DNA of 64,000 nucleotides, from assembly GCA_041666305.1 (NCBI GenBank), contig JBAYHD010000004.1, positions 3,946 to 67,945 on the forward strand, written 5' to 3'. The notes under the pieces are model-generated. The model ran no database searches. It saw nothing but the letters and a program-made list of their open reading frames with translations, and was not told the DNA's origin. Source of the DNA: Minisyncoccota bacterium. Lineage in GTDB: Bacteria; Patescibacteriota; Minisyncoccia; Phycocordibacterales; Phycocordibacteraceae. The position numbers and the translations under genes are program-made. This document shows positions 8,966 to 18,687 of the stretch, one piece after another. How positions within the stretch are numbered: position 1 is the first letter of the stretch; each line of letters starts with the position of its first letter.

Positions 8966-11656
8966 TTATTCTTCGACGACTGACCAGCCTTCGGCGAGGA
9001 ACGATTCTGCTTTTTTGAATTTGAGTTCTTTTGTTTCGTCGCCTTTCTTTATAGTGACGAGGTCATTGCGGCCGTGGTGAGCCGCATTTTTAATCGGAAC
9101 GGAAACGGCGCCCTCCTCCTTCCCCGCCGCAACGAGCATCGCGCGCGTCTTTGCTTCTTCCGCGCGGATGCGCGCATCGTCCGCATTTTGGAGACGCGGA
9201 AGCGCTTCTGCAACCGCGGCGCGAATGTTCTCTTCCAATTGGCGGAAGCGCTGAAGTCCTTCGCGGCGATATTCGATAAGCGGGTCCCGCTGGCCGTAGG
9301 CGCGGAGCGATACCGAGCGGCGCAAATAGTCCATCGTTTCCAGATGCTCCAGCCAGAACGTATCAATCACTTGCAGAAGGAGCCGGCGCAAGTGCGGGAC
9401 GAACGCATCGCCGAACTCTGTTTTCTTCGCGTCAAACGCGACAGCGGCCGCTTCCCCATCGCCCAGAAGAGCGCGTATGAGTGCTTCGACCTCCTCGTCG
9501 GTGCCAGAAAGTGCGGCGCGGCGGCGCGCATAGATGGCAAGGCGCTGCGTGTTCATCACGTCGTCGTAGGCGAGCACTTGCTTGCGCGAGTCGAAATTGA
9601 ACCCTTCAATACGGCCTTGCGCGGTTTCGAGCGAGCGTGTGATCATGCCGCTCTCGATGGGCTCGTCTTCCGGTATGCCGAACTTCCCCATCACTTTCTT
9701 CAACGTTTCCGATGCGAACACGCGCATGAGCTTGTCTTCCAGAGAAACGAAGAATCTCGTCTCGCCGGGGTCGCCCTGACGACCGGAGCGGCCGCGGAGC
9801 TGATTGTCGATGCGGCGCGCGTCGTGGCGCTCGGTGCCCACCACCATGAGCCCGCCTTTTTCCAAAACCGATGCGCGCTGCTGCGGAGTGGCGAGCGCGC
9901 CGCCGAGCTTGATGTCCACGCCGCGACCTGCGAGGTTCGTTGCGACGGTCACCCTTCCCTCTTTCCCCGCTTCCGCGATTATCTCGCCTTCGCGCTCGTG
10001 GTTCTTCGCGTTCAACACTTCGTGCGGAACGCCCGCATCACTTAAAAAGGTGCTCACCGTTTCGTTGTCTTCAATGGACACCGTGCCCACCAATACCGGC
10101 TGTCCTTTTTCATGCCGTTCTTTCACCGCGCGCGCAACCGCACGGTATTTTCCTGCGGCGGTCTGGAAAATAAGGTCGTCGAAGTCTTTACGCGCCGAGG
10201 GCTTGTTGGTCGGCACGACGACGACTTCCAGACCATACACCGTATAAAATTCTTCTTCGGAAGAAAGCGCAGTGCCGGTCATGCCGGAAAGTCCGCCGTA
10301 CATTCTGAACAGATTTTGGAACGTCACGGTCGCATAGGTGCGCGTTTCTTCTTGAATTTTTACTCCCTCCTTCGCCTCTATCGCTTGGTGGAGCCCTTCC
10401 GACCAGCGGCGCCCAGGCTGGAGCCGTCCAGTGAATTCATCCACGATGACGATTTCATTGTCGCGAACCACGTACTCCTTATCTTGCTGGAAGAGCGCCT
10501 TCGCCCGTACTGCCGTCTCCAAATGATGCGCGTACTTCACGCCGCCTTCGGTGTAGAGATTCTCGAGCCCGAGTGCCGCCTCGGCTTTATGCATTCCTTC
10601 CTCGGTAATTTGAATCGCCTTCTGCTTCTCGTCGATCGTGTAGTCCTCTCCTTCCTTCAAATCGCGCACGATGCCGGCGAAGCGCTCGTAGAGATTTTGC
10701 GAATCGCCCGCAGGTCCGCTGATGATGAGCGGCGTGCGCGCTTCATCGATTAAAATAGAGTCCACTTCATCGATGATGGCGAAGTGATACCCGCGCTGTA
10801 CGATCTGCGAAGCATCATAGGCGGTGTTGTCGCGCAGATAATCGAACCCGAGCTCATTGTTGGTCACATAGGTGACATCGCACGCATAGGCACTCCGTTT
10901 TTCCACGGGCCGCAAGTAGTCGTAAAAGACTTTGAACGAACCGGCGACGTCGCGCTCGACATCTTCTTTCTTTTCCACGTGCGATTGGTCGTATTGATAG
11001 GTGCCAGCGGACGTCACGACGCCGACGGTGAGGCCGAGATAGTGATACACCTGTCCCATCCACGCCGCATCGCGACGTGCGAGATAATCGTTCACGGTCA
11101 CCACTTGTACCCCTTTACCAGCGAGCGCGTGAAAGGTTGCCGGAAGCGTGGCAACGAGCGTCTTGCCTTCACCGGTACGCATCTCGGAAATCTTGCCGCG
11201 CAGAAGCGCAAGTCCGCCGATGAGCTGAACATCGAAATGCGGCTGATGGAGCGTCCGACGCGACGCCTCGCGCACGAGTGCAAATACTTCGGGCAGGTCA
11301 GTTTCCGGTGTGGCGCCGGCTGCTGTGGCGCGCGTGCGGATCTCCCCAATCCGCGTGCGGAGCGCTTCGTCAGAATGACCTTTGAGCTCTTCCGAGGCTT
11401 TGTTTACCGCCGCCACAATCGGTGCCGCGGCCTTGAGGAAGGCCGCGGATTGGTTCGAAGAAAAGAAACGAGAGAGGCCGAGCATTGACAGGCAGTATAC
11501 CCCGTAGTAGATTTCGGCGAAAGACCTTGCGTCCGCGTCTGCGCATTGCCGAAATTCACTACAGGGTATAGCAAAATTTGAAATCCGAAGCACGCGAAAA
11601 GAAAAATCCCGCCGAAGCGGGATCTTTCTTTTCCTGACTGCCGTCAGGCGGTACAA
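8966..11656 (-). CDS. secA: Preprotein translocase ATPase SecA (true start probably the internal Met MLGLSRFF near 11484)
   Basis: KTLVATLPATFHALAGKGVQVVTVNDYLARRDA, FAIIDEVDSILIDEARTPLIISGP and the DEAD-motor/PPXD/HSD organisation. 896 aa in the track ORF. Confidence 0.95.
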   Translation of the reverse strand: MYRLTAVRKRKIPLRRDFSFRVLRISNFAIPCSEFRQCADADARSFAEIYYGVYCLSMLGLSRFFSSNQSAAFLKAAAPIVAAVNKASEELKGHSDEALRTRIGEIRTRATAAGATPETDLPEVFALVREASRRTLHQPHFDVQLIGGLALLRGKISEMRTGEGKTLVATLPATFHALAGKGVQVVTVNDYLARRDAAWMGQVYHYLGLTVGVVTSAGTYQYDQSHVEKKEDVERDVAGSFKVFYDYLRPVEKRSAYACDVTYVTNNELGFDYLRDNTAYDASQIVQRGYHFAIIDEVDSILIDEARTPLIISGPAGDSQNLYERFAGIVRDLKEGEDYTIDEKQKAIQITEEGMHKAEAALGLENLYTEGGVKYAHHLETAVRAKALFQQDKEYVVRDNEIVIVDEFTGRLQPGRRWSEGLHQAIEAKEGVKIQEETRTYATVTFQNLFRMYGGLSGMTGTALSSEEEFYTVYGLEVVVVPTNKPSARKDFDDLIFQTAAGKYRAVARAVKERHEKGQPVLVGTVSIEDNETVSTFLSDAGVPHEVLNAKNHEREGEIIAEAGKEGRVTVATNLAGRGVDIKLGGALATPQQRASVLEKGGLMVVGTERHDARRIDNQLRGRSGRQGDPGETRFFVSLEDKLMRVFASETLKKVMGKFGIPEDEPIESGMITRSLETAQGRIEGFNFDSRKQVLAYDDVMNTQRLAIYARRRAALSGTDEEVEALIRALLGDGEAAAVAFDAKKTEFGDAFVPHLRRLLLQVIDTFWLEHLETMDYLRRSVSLRAYGQRDPLIEYRREGLQRFRQLEENIRAAVAEALPRLQNADDARIRAEEAKTRAMLVAAGKEEGAVSVPIKNAAHHGRNDLVTIKKGDETKELKFKKAESFLAEGWSVVEE

Positions 11657-11869
11657 AACTAGCCGCGGCGCTTTGCTGCCTTGCGCTTCTTTGTTGCCTT
11701 CTTTGCGGCCTTTCGCTTTTTTGCCATGGTGGTTGCGATTATGGATTGAGACTTATAAGTCGACCCGTCCGCGCGCGAGAAATTTCTTTTGCGCAAACGT
11801 TTCTGAATGTAATTATCGCGCGTAAAAAAGATTTGTGTAAGAAAAAAATACGAAGTGTGGATAACTTTC

Positions 11870-11904
11870 GCAAAATAATTTTCGCGAAAATTATTTTGCT
11901 TTTT
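11870..11904. terminator. 30-nt perfect palindrome GCAAAATAATTTTCGCGAAAATTATTTTGC followed by TTTTT, overlapping the murB stop codon
   Basis: Perfect inverted repeat. It overlaps the last three murB codons and separates murB from the secA upstream region. Confidence 0.4.
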
Positions 11905-12985
11905 CTACGGCACCGATATATTCCACTTCGCGTTCAAGACGGATGCCAAACAGGTCCTCGACCGCCTTTTGCATATCAGAAGCAAGCCGTGCGATATCTT
12001 CCGCACGCGCGTTGCCGACATTGATGATGGAAAGCGTATGCCGCGGCGAAATGCCCGCTCCGCCATGCACATATCCTTTATGGAATTCGGTGTATTCGAG
12101 GAGAAATCCGGGAGCTATTTTGTATGAACCGTCCGGCTGTTCCCATGCCCACGGACGTAAGTGTTCCGCCTTTTCCGCATCAAGGGCGCGAGCACTCGTC
12201 TCGATCTGAGCATATCGTGCAGGAGAAACGAACGGCATATGGAAAAAAGAACCCGCGCTCTTGTAGCAATGGCGACCTTCCATGATGAGCGAACCTTTCT
12301 CTTCGCGCATGGTGAGTACCGCAGCGCGAACATCGGTTTGCGTAGGCGTGTGACCGAGCTTTTCGGCAAGCGTGGCCATATCAAAACGATTATCCCGATA
12401 TGAAAGCTGCGCCGAGGGATCACGCGAGAGCGCGAACGTGGCGCCGACGACGATGTATCGTCCGCTCGCGTGGCCAAACATGCTGTCGTGGTATGAAAAA
12501 TCGCACTGTTCTTTTTCAATAACTTTCAATCCATGATTTTGATCGTGCGTGTCCACCACTTCCGCGTGCACAAATGTATCACTCGCCTGCGCGCCGTACG
12601 CACCGAGATTTGCGACCACCGCTCCGCCGACCGTGCCCGGCACGCCGGAAAGACATTCCAGACCGCTGAGGCCGTGCTGGATTGTCCACACCACGAAGTC
12701 ATCCCACACGACGCCGGAACCGACCGTCACCCACGTTCGATCATCGTGTTCGGCAAGGGTGATGCCTGGTATGCGCATGGAGAGTACCAATCCGTCAAAG
12801 CCGTCGTCGGCAATGACAATGTTTGAGCCGCCGCCGAGCACGAACACCGGGAGTGCGTGCGTGCGTGCAAAATCGAGTGCTTCTTTCACTTCGTCTACCG
12901 ATTGCGGAGCGACAAAAAATCGCGCCTTCCCTCCCACGCCGAGAGTGGTGAGTGGCGCGAGTGGGACGTGTTCCTGGGGAGTCAT
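11891..12985 (-). CDS. murB: UDP-N-acetylenolpyruvoylglucosamine reductase
   Basis: LTTLGVGGKARFFVAPQSVDEVKEALDFARTHALPVFVLGGGSNIVIADDGFDGLVL (FAD-binding PCMH domain) plus a MurB C-terminal domain. Confidence 0.88.
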   Translation of the reverse strand: MTPQEHVPLAPLTTLGVGGKARFFVAPQSVDEVKEALDFARTHALPVFVLGGGSNIVIADDGFDGLVLSMRIPGITLAEHDDRTWVTVGSGVVWDDFVVWTIQHGLSGLECLSGVPGTVGGAVVANLGAYGAQASDTFVHAEVVDTHDQNHGLKVIEKEQCDFSYHDSMFGHASGRYIVVGATFALSRDPSAQLSYRDNRFDMATLAEKLGHTPTQTDVRAAVLTMREEKGSLIMEGRHCYKSAGSFFHMPFVSPARYAQIETSARALDAEKAEHLRPWAWEQPDGSYKIAPGFLLEYTEFHKGYVHGGAGISPRHTLSIINVGNARAEDIARLASDMQKAVEDLFGIRLEREVEYIGAVEKAK

Positions 12986-15168
12986 TGCCCTTGAATCTGT
13001 TTTATCGCGGAGGCACCGGCAGACGCCGCATCAGGGAAGAGTTTTACCGCTGTGTTGATTGCGGCAATGGCATTTGCTCTATCGCCTGATGCATAGTAAG
13101 CGGCCGCGAGAGAAAACCATGATTGGACGGTGGCGCCGGATGCTGCAGTGCGCATCTTCCACAGACGTATGAGACGCGGCCAATTCTTCGCGCGATAATA
13201 CGCGGCCGCGAGGATGTTGCTGTCTACGTCCGTTGTACCGAGGGCCGCTTCCAATATTTTGTCTGCCGTAGCGAAATCACCGATAGCAATATTGCCGGCG
13301 GCTGCATATATGGCGAGGTCAGTGAACTGCGGGCCGAGCTCATATGCCGTACTAAAATCCGTTTGCGCCGCTTTCACATTGCCCATGTCCCACTCGGTCG
13401 CCCCCATTTCAATCCATATTGCCTCTTTCCTCGGCGAAAGAAGCGATGCCGCTTGAATCTCTTTGAGCGCACTGGCGCCGTCGCCCGCCGCACGATACAC
13501 ATACGACAGTTGCAGATGTTCGCGCGCATCAAGAGGATAGGAGGCAATCTGTTTTTGCATTTCAGCCACCGCAAGCGAGACTGCCTGTTGTTTTTCCGTA
13601 TCGGTTGCCTGGGAGCTCTGCGCGATCGCTGCTGCAAAAGAGACCAACTGCTCGCGCACCTCCTGCGCCGCAAAAGCCGGATGCGCGGCAAGGTCTTGGA
13701 ACGTGGCGATGTTTCCCGAAATGCCGGACGAGGAAGACGAGAGCGCTGTAATGAGTTTGGTCGCCGTTTGTATCCCGGGCACATTGACGAACCAAATGAG
13801 CACGCCCGCAACCGCCGCCGCGATCGGAAGCGCGTACGTCATGCCGTCGGCAGGAGTAAGTTCGGGGGCCGCTTCAAGTTTGGCGAGGGGCCGCGCCACT
13901 TGCGAATCGATGAGTGCGAGAAGTGCGAAGAAATAAACGTAAGAATAGAGATTATCGAAAACGAACAGATTGTGAACGGCATACCCGACGAACGCGGCGG
14001 TGAGCGCTATGCGTTCGGGTCGCGAAAGCTCCGAACGCCTCCAGAGCAACATGATGGCCGTACCAAAGAGCGCCAGGTACAAGAGAAATGCCGGGAAGCC
14101 TCCTGCAGTAAGCCAGTCGAGGAATGCGTTGTGCGCTCGGTCGAACCACGGTTCCTGAGCATAGAGCGCCGGGTCGTAGTATTTGTTGAAAATATAGTTG
14201 AATCCTTCCTGCCCCCAGCCGGTGAGCGGGCGTTCAAGCACTCCTTGAAACGCCATGTTCCAGATGATGAAGCGTGTCTGACCGTCGGAAAGCGAAATGG
14301 TGGCGACGCGCTGCAAAATGTGATTTTGCTGGACGAATGCAGAATTGCGCGCGAGATAAAAACCGCCCACTAGAACGAGAATGAGCACGAATCCGCCCGC
14401 CGCCAACCGGCGAGCGTGCTTCCCCGCGGTAAGCGCGGTGAGAAACGCCGCAAGCGCGAGGGCGAGCACAAGTCCTATGATAGTACCGCGTGTCTCGGTG
14501 AAAAAAATGAGCACCGTTTCCAACACCGCGAGTGCGATGAGTGACCACTTGAGCCAAGAGAGTTTTTCGGTAAGTGCAAGCCAGAGCGCGGTGAATATGC
14601 TGAAAAGGAAATAGATAGCTAGATAGGCGGAATTGCCGAGTGTTGCGTCAATGCGTGTAGAGCCCTGGTGTATCGCGAGTGTGCCGTTAAGCTGGAGAAG
14701 CGCGTACCCAGAGATGATGAGTGAGACAACGAGCGACCAGAGGAACCACGCGCGCCACTTTTTTCCCGCTTGCAGTACGGCGCCGGCGGCAAAGAAAAAT
14801 CCGAGCAGATGAATGAGCATCACCCAGCCCTCCATGCGCTCAAAGTTGCTCCAAAATGCTTTTGCGGAATTGATTGCGAACGCGTCCGCGATAAACATCC
14901 ACACAACAAAAGCGACGGCTGCCACGCCTATTGCCGAGACGCGCGGACGGTATTCTTTGTCGAGGAGTGCAAGCACTACCCACGCTGCGACCGTTATCTC
15001 AACAAGGATGCGAAAGTAGAATGCTTTGCCGGTGATGAACGGGAAGAAATACCCGTCCGCGACAACGAGCGGCATAAGCGGAATGAGAAACAGCGCTCCG
15101 AGCGCCACCCAGCGTGCGATCTGCTTTACGGTACTGTCTCCCTGCATGATTGGACAATCATACCACAT
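12982..15168 (-). CDS. O-antigen ligase/Wzy_C-like polytopic membrane protein with C-terminal TPR-repeat domain
   Basis: About 10 TM helices in the N-terminal half (LGNSAYLAIYFLFSIFTALWLAL, FTETRGTIIGLVLALALAAF). The C-terminal 300 aa is an Ala-rich helical repeat (TPR-like). Confidence 0.7.
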   Translation of the reverse strand: MWYDCPIMQGDSTVKQIARWVALGALFLIPLMPLVVADGYFFPFITGKAFYFRILVEITVAAWVVLALLDKEYRPRVSAIGVAAVAFVVWMFIADAFAINSAKAFWSNFERMEGWVMLIHLLGFFFAAGAVLQAGKKWRAWFLWSLVVSLIISGYALLQLNGTLAIHQGSTRIDATLGNSAYLAIYFLFSIFTALWLALTEKLSWLKWSLIALAVLETVLIFFTETRGTIIGLVLALALAAFLTALTAGKHARRLAAGGFVLILVLVGGFYLARNSAFVQQNHILQRVATISLSDGQTRFIIWNMAFQGVLERPLTGWGQEGFNYIFNKYYDPALYAQEPWFDRAHNAFLDWLTAGGFPAFLLYLALFGTAIMLLWRRSELSRPERIALTAAFVGYAVHNLFVFDNLYSYVYFFALLALIDSQVARPLAKLEAAPELTPADGMTYALPIAAAVAGVLIWFVNVPGIQTATKLITALSSSSSGISGNIATFQDLAAHPAFAAQEVREQLVSFAAAIAQSSQATDTEKQQAVSLAVAEMQKQIASYPLDAREHLQLSYVYRAAGDGASALKEIQAASLLSPRKEAIWIEMGATEWDMGNVKAAQTDFSTAYELGPQFTDLAIYAAAGNIAIGDFATADKILEAALGTTDVDSNILAAAYYRAKNWPRLIRLWKMRTAASGATVQSWFSLAAAYYASGDRANAIAAINTAVKLFPDAASAGASAIKQIQGQ

Positions 15169-15196
15169 GCCCTAAAGCTCTTCCTTTTGACACCTC

Positions 15197-15223
15197 CCAT
15201 GTAGGACCTCCGAGGTCCTACAT
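15197..15223. repeat. REP-like palindromic hairpin, copy 1 (CATGTAGGACCTCCGAGGTCCTACATG)
   Basis: 13-bp perfect stem; 17 nt upstream of the RAYT start codon. Confidence 0.8.
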
Positions 15224-15239
15224 GGGTTATACTTGCTGA

Positions 15240-15914
15240 ATGGAGTTGTATCACGTGCTTAATCGAGGAGTTGATGGACGCAAACTATTTCTCGACTCGC
15301 AAGATTATGTGCGCTTTATACATAATTTGTTCGAATTCAATGATTCTGCTCCGTCAGTAGGATCTGCTCGCCGAGACATATGCGACACGAATGTAGGACC
15401 TCGGAGGTCCTACATTCGGAAACGACTGGTTGAGATCCATGGTTGGGTTCTCATGAAGGACCACTACCATTTAATCATCTCAGAACTTATTGAGGGCGGG
15501 TTGCTAAAATTCATGATGAAAGTAAATGTCGGCTACGCAAAATATTATAATGAACGATATACACGACACGGTCATCTCTTCCAAGGGAAGACGAAGAAAA
15601 TTCGCATCGAGCGTGCAGCGCATTTCTTATACATACTCCATTATGTGCACCTCAATCCTCTCGATTATTTGAGGGGAGCAGCCACATGGCGCGAGCGTGA
15701 TAAAAATACCATCAAAAACACACGCGAGGCATTGAAATATTTGGATGAATACCGTTGGAGCAGTTATCTCGATTATTGCAGCAAAAAGAATTTCCCTTCC
15801 ATCCTCACCAAGAGAATATTCGGAAATGTGTTTGGTAATTATCAGGAAGTGATCAAAGACTATTTGAAGAATGTTGAGGAATCGCCGATTGGTGACTCCA
15901 CCATTCTTGAATAG
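15240..15914 (+). mobile_element. IS200/IS605-family Y1 (HUH) transposase of the REP-associated tyrosine transposase (RAYT) type
   Basis: N-terminal YHVLNRGVDGRKLF; HUH motif HGWVLMKDHYHLII; Tyr-rich helix AKYYNERY. Flanked by REP palindromes, with a third copy in-frame inside the ORF. Confidence 0.75.
15391..15415. repeat. REP-like palindrome copy 2 (ATGTAGGACCTCGGAGGTCCTACAT), inside the RAYT coding sequence
   Basis: Exact 25-mer; it encodes NVGPRRSYI within the ORF. Confidence 0.8.
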
Positions 15915-15927
15915 CAGTGTGATATTG

Positions 15928-15952
15928 ATGTAGGACCTCGGAGGTCCTACAT
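15928..15952. repeat. REP-like palindrome copy 3, 14 nt downstream of the RAYT stop
   Basis: Exact 25-mer, identical to copy 2. Confidence 0.8.
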
Positions 15953-16026
15953 ATAGATACATACAAAACGCCCCGCGAAAAGCGGGGCATTTTGCGTTCA
16001 TATTTTTATTTCTCTAAGGCCTGGTT

Positions 16027-16857
16027 TTAAAACCGCCAGATGAAGAGTCCCCACATCTTCTGTTCTCTCTGTGCGAGGTCTTGAAGACGCGCCTGAGCAT
16101 CTTCCAATGCTTCTATTTGCGCCTTGAGGACCACCTGAATGTCTGCCGACACACTGGCTTCAACGAGAAGCTTGTTGAGGTCGGTGATGCGCTGTTGGTT
16201 TTGTGCGACTGCTTGCGAGATAACATTCGCCGCCGCACTATCGCCACCGAAGAAGAGTCGCGCAAGGAAACTGCGCGACTGTATCTTCGCTTCAGCCTTT
16301 GTCGTCGTTGCGACCGAATCATTCATCTCTTTCGCAATTTCCGATACTTTCGGACCGATGTCGCCGATGAGATCTTTGGAAGCGAGAAGCGCGTGCACTG
16401 CAAGGCGTACCTCGTTCGCATTTTTTACGATACCCCTATTCTGTTCTGTCGTGCTCGCCTCTTCATCCTCGAGTTCGAGTTTGCGATTCTCAATCTTCTG
16501 ATTCAGATCATCGAGCGAGAACGCGGTATCTTTATCGTCTTCGAGTTCGAACTCAAATTCGTCTTGATCATTTTGGTCATCGTTTATCGATTCATTATCA
16601 TCCCCGCTCTTCGAGCTGGTCGCTTGATTGTCGTTCCTGCGGTTCGAACTGGTCGCCTCATCGTCATCGTCATTGACTCGCGCGCTTCCGGTCACCGATG
16701 TGTCCACATCATCAGAGACGCGGACTTGCGTAACGGCGGTTATTTGTGTATCCGCACTTCCCTCGCCATCGTTGTTTTCGGCGGCCGCAATAGCCGGGAG
16801 TCCACTCATGGCGATCGCAAGTGCGAATGCCCCGCTCGTAAAGAGATATTTTTTCAT
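16027..16857 (-). CDS. Secreted acidic low-complexity protein with C-terminal coiled coil
   Basis: Signal peptide MKKYLFTSGAFALAIAMSGLPAIAAA; Asp/Glu/Ser/Asn-rich region; C-terminal heptad-like QAVAQNQQRITDLNKLLVEA...LEDAQARLQDLAQ. Confidence 0.5.
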   Translation of the reverse strand: MKKYLFTSGAFALAIAMSGLPAIAAAENNDGEGSADTQITAVTQVRVSDDVDTSVTGSARVNDDDDEATSSNRRNDNQATSSKSGDDNESINDDQNDQDEFEFELEDDKDTAFSLDDLNQKIENRKLELEDEEASTTEQNRGIVKNANEVRLAVHALLASKDLIGDIGPKVSEIAKEMNDSVATTTKAEAKIQSRSFLARLFFGGDSAAANVISQAVAQNQQRITDLNKLLVEASVSADIQVVLKAQIEALEDAQARLQDLAQREQKMWGLFIWRF

Positions 16858-16926
16858 GCGGATTGATTATTGGTTAATTGCTACCTCCCGCAAGTATACC
16901 CCACGTCGAGCACAGAACACTTCGCG

Positions 16927-18687
16927 CTATGTTCTCTGCATTTTATAGAAATAGGAATCGTGGTTTTTGAGCAATTCCTCGGGCGTTCCGCGCTCCACGA
17001 TATGCCCGTGGCTAAGGACGAGAATGCTATCGGCTTCAGCGACCGTGGAGGGGCGGTGCGCGATGATAAGCACCGTCACTTTGCCGTGCAGTGCGCGAAT
17101 GGACTCGTGGATAAGCTTTTCCGACTCATGATCGAGCGCACTCGTCGCTTCATCAAGGATAAGGAGCGCGGGTCGGCTCACGAGCGCACGGGCAAGCGCA
17201 ATGCGCTGGCGCTGACCGCCTGAAAGCATGACGCCGCGGTCGCCCGTTATCGTTTGGAATCCTTCGGGCAATCCCATGATGAAATCGTAAATGTTCGCCT
17301 GCTTCGCAGCAGTCTCTATATCCCTTTCGGTCACCGTGTGATCATAAAACCGGATATTGTCCTCGATAGTGCTGTTGAGCAAGAACACGTCTTGCGACAC
17401 ATAGCCAATGTTCTTGCGCCAGACATCGAGAGCGATATGGGTGCTTGGCACGTCATCCAAAAAAAGCACTCCTTCGTTCGGCTTGAAGAGCCGGAGAAGA
17501 AGATCGGCGACCGACGTCTTTCCCGCGCCCGACGGCCCGACGAGCCCGACGGTTTCTCCCGCTCGTATGGAGAAATCAACGTTGTCAAGAATCGGTTTAC
17601 CCTCGTTGTACGAAAACGACACTCCTTTGAATGCAAGCTCCTTTTTGAAGACAAAGGGAGCGATACCCTCGGATGATTCCTTGTGCAGGTTAAGATTGTG
17701 CTTGAAGGCGGCGATATTCCGCGCGTAGGGCAAGAGTTCGTTCACTCCTTGAAGTGCGGCCTGGCCGGATTCAAGATAGGTGAATATTTTTTGTATCAAA
17801 TACAGCGACGCCGCAAATGAAATGATACTGAACTCCGGCGTGCGATACGTCAACAGGAAAAGCACGACCACGAGTACGATGCTCGCCGGCTGGAAAAAAC
17901 TGGAACTAACGGTGCGTACGAGTGCTTGTCGTATCGAAAGAGAACGCAATAAACGGATATGCGCGGTGCCGTCCGCAATAGCAGCACGCTCCACGCCCGC
18001 GGCTTTAACGGATTTCATGCCGATGATGTGCTCGCTCAAAAATTGCGCGAACTGTTTTTCCACCCCTGCCGCCTGGGTTCCGATGCGCCGAGCGCGACGG
18101 AGAAACGGCCGCAAAAAGAACACCAGGATAATTCCGCCGCCTAGCGCATAGAACGTCATGGTCGGTGAGATGTTGACGGCCACGAGAAGATACATGAGGA
18201 ATCCACTGAACGATTGGACGATCTGAGCGATCGAACCGAGAAGTCCGCCGGTTTGCTGAATATCTCGCACCAAGGTGTTATGCATCGTCCCTATTTTCTG
18301 TTTCAAAGTAAATGCCCATGACGAAAGGAGCGTCCGGCGGAGTACGTCCTCGCTTTCTTTGCCGAGAAAGTCCGCGCTTATCCAACCGCGAATGTATCCG
18401 AACACGATGACGGAGATCGCACGCAGAATGAATAGACAGAGAATGAAGCCGAGCAGATAGCGAAATTTGAACGGTAGGGAGAAAAAGCTGAAAAGCTCCT
18501 GAATGGTTTTCGTGATGAAATCCGTTGCCGCGCCGCCTCCGCCGTTGAAGAACGACATCAATGGGATGACCGCATTGATACCAATGCCTTCCAAAAGCGC
18601 GCTCAGGAAGCCAAAGACGGCGAGCGCCACGACATGCCAGCGATATCTACCGAACGCCCGCCAGAGCGTTATGAAAGCGTCTTTCAT
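16927..18687 (-). CDS. ABC transporter, fused permease/ATP-binding exporter (MsbA-like)
   Basis: Six N-terminal TM helices; Walker A GPSGAGKTS; signature LSGGQRQRIALARAL; Walker B LLILDEATSALD. Confidence 0.88.
   Translation of the reverse strand: MKDAFITLWRAFGRYRWHVVALAVFGFLSALLEGIGINAVIPLMSFFNGGGGAATDFITKTIQELFSFFSLPFKFRYLLGFILCLFILRAISVIVFGYIRGWISADFLGKESEDVLRRTLLSSWAFTLKQKIGTMHNTLVRDIQQTGGLLGSIAQIVQSFSGFLMYLLVAVNISPTMTFYALGGGIILVFFLRPFLRRARRIGTQAAGVEKQFAQFLSEHIIGMKSVKAAGVERAAIADGTAHIRLLRSLSIRQALVRTVSSSFFQPASIVLVVVLFLLTYRTPEFSIISFAASLYLIQKIFTYLESGQAALQGVNELLPYARNIAAFKHNLNLHKESSEGIAPFVFKKELAFKGVSFSYNEGKPILDNVDFSIRAGETVGLVGPSGAGKTSVADLLLRLFKPNEGVLFLDDVPSTHIALDVWRKNIGYVSQDVFLLNSTIEDNIRFYDHTVTERDIETAAKQANIYDFIMGLPEGFQTITGDRGVMLSGGQRQRIALARALVSRPALLILDEATSALDHESEKLIHESIRALHGKVTVLIIAHRPSTVAEADSILVLSHGHIVERGTPEELLKNHDSYFYKMQRT

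Noticed and set aside
9074-11488. Plus-strand ORFs of 323, 213 and 234 aa antisense to secA
   Set aside because: Antisense shadows of a strongly conserved high-GC gene. The proteins are Arg/His-rich with no motifs.
11485-11656. N-terminal 57-aa extension of the secA track ORF (TTG start at 11656)
   Set aside because: The extension is Arg/Cys-rich and unlike any SecA N-terminus. The internal Met (MLGLSRFF...) matches canonical SecA starts.
13123-14373. 416-aa plus-strand ORF antisense to the O-antigen-ligase/TPR gene
   Set aside because: Arg/Cys-rich shadow frame; the minus-strand membrane protein is the coherent gene.
16081-16866. 261-aa plus-strand ORF overlapping the secreted acidic protein gene
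   Set aside because: It mirrors the Asp/Glu-rich gene as an Ile/Phe/Arg-rich antisense frame. The minus-strand gene has a signal peptide and coiled coil.
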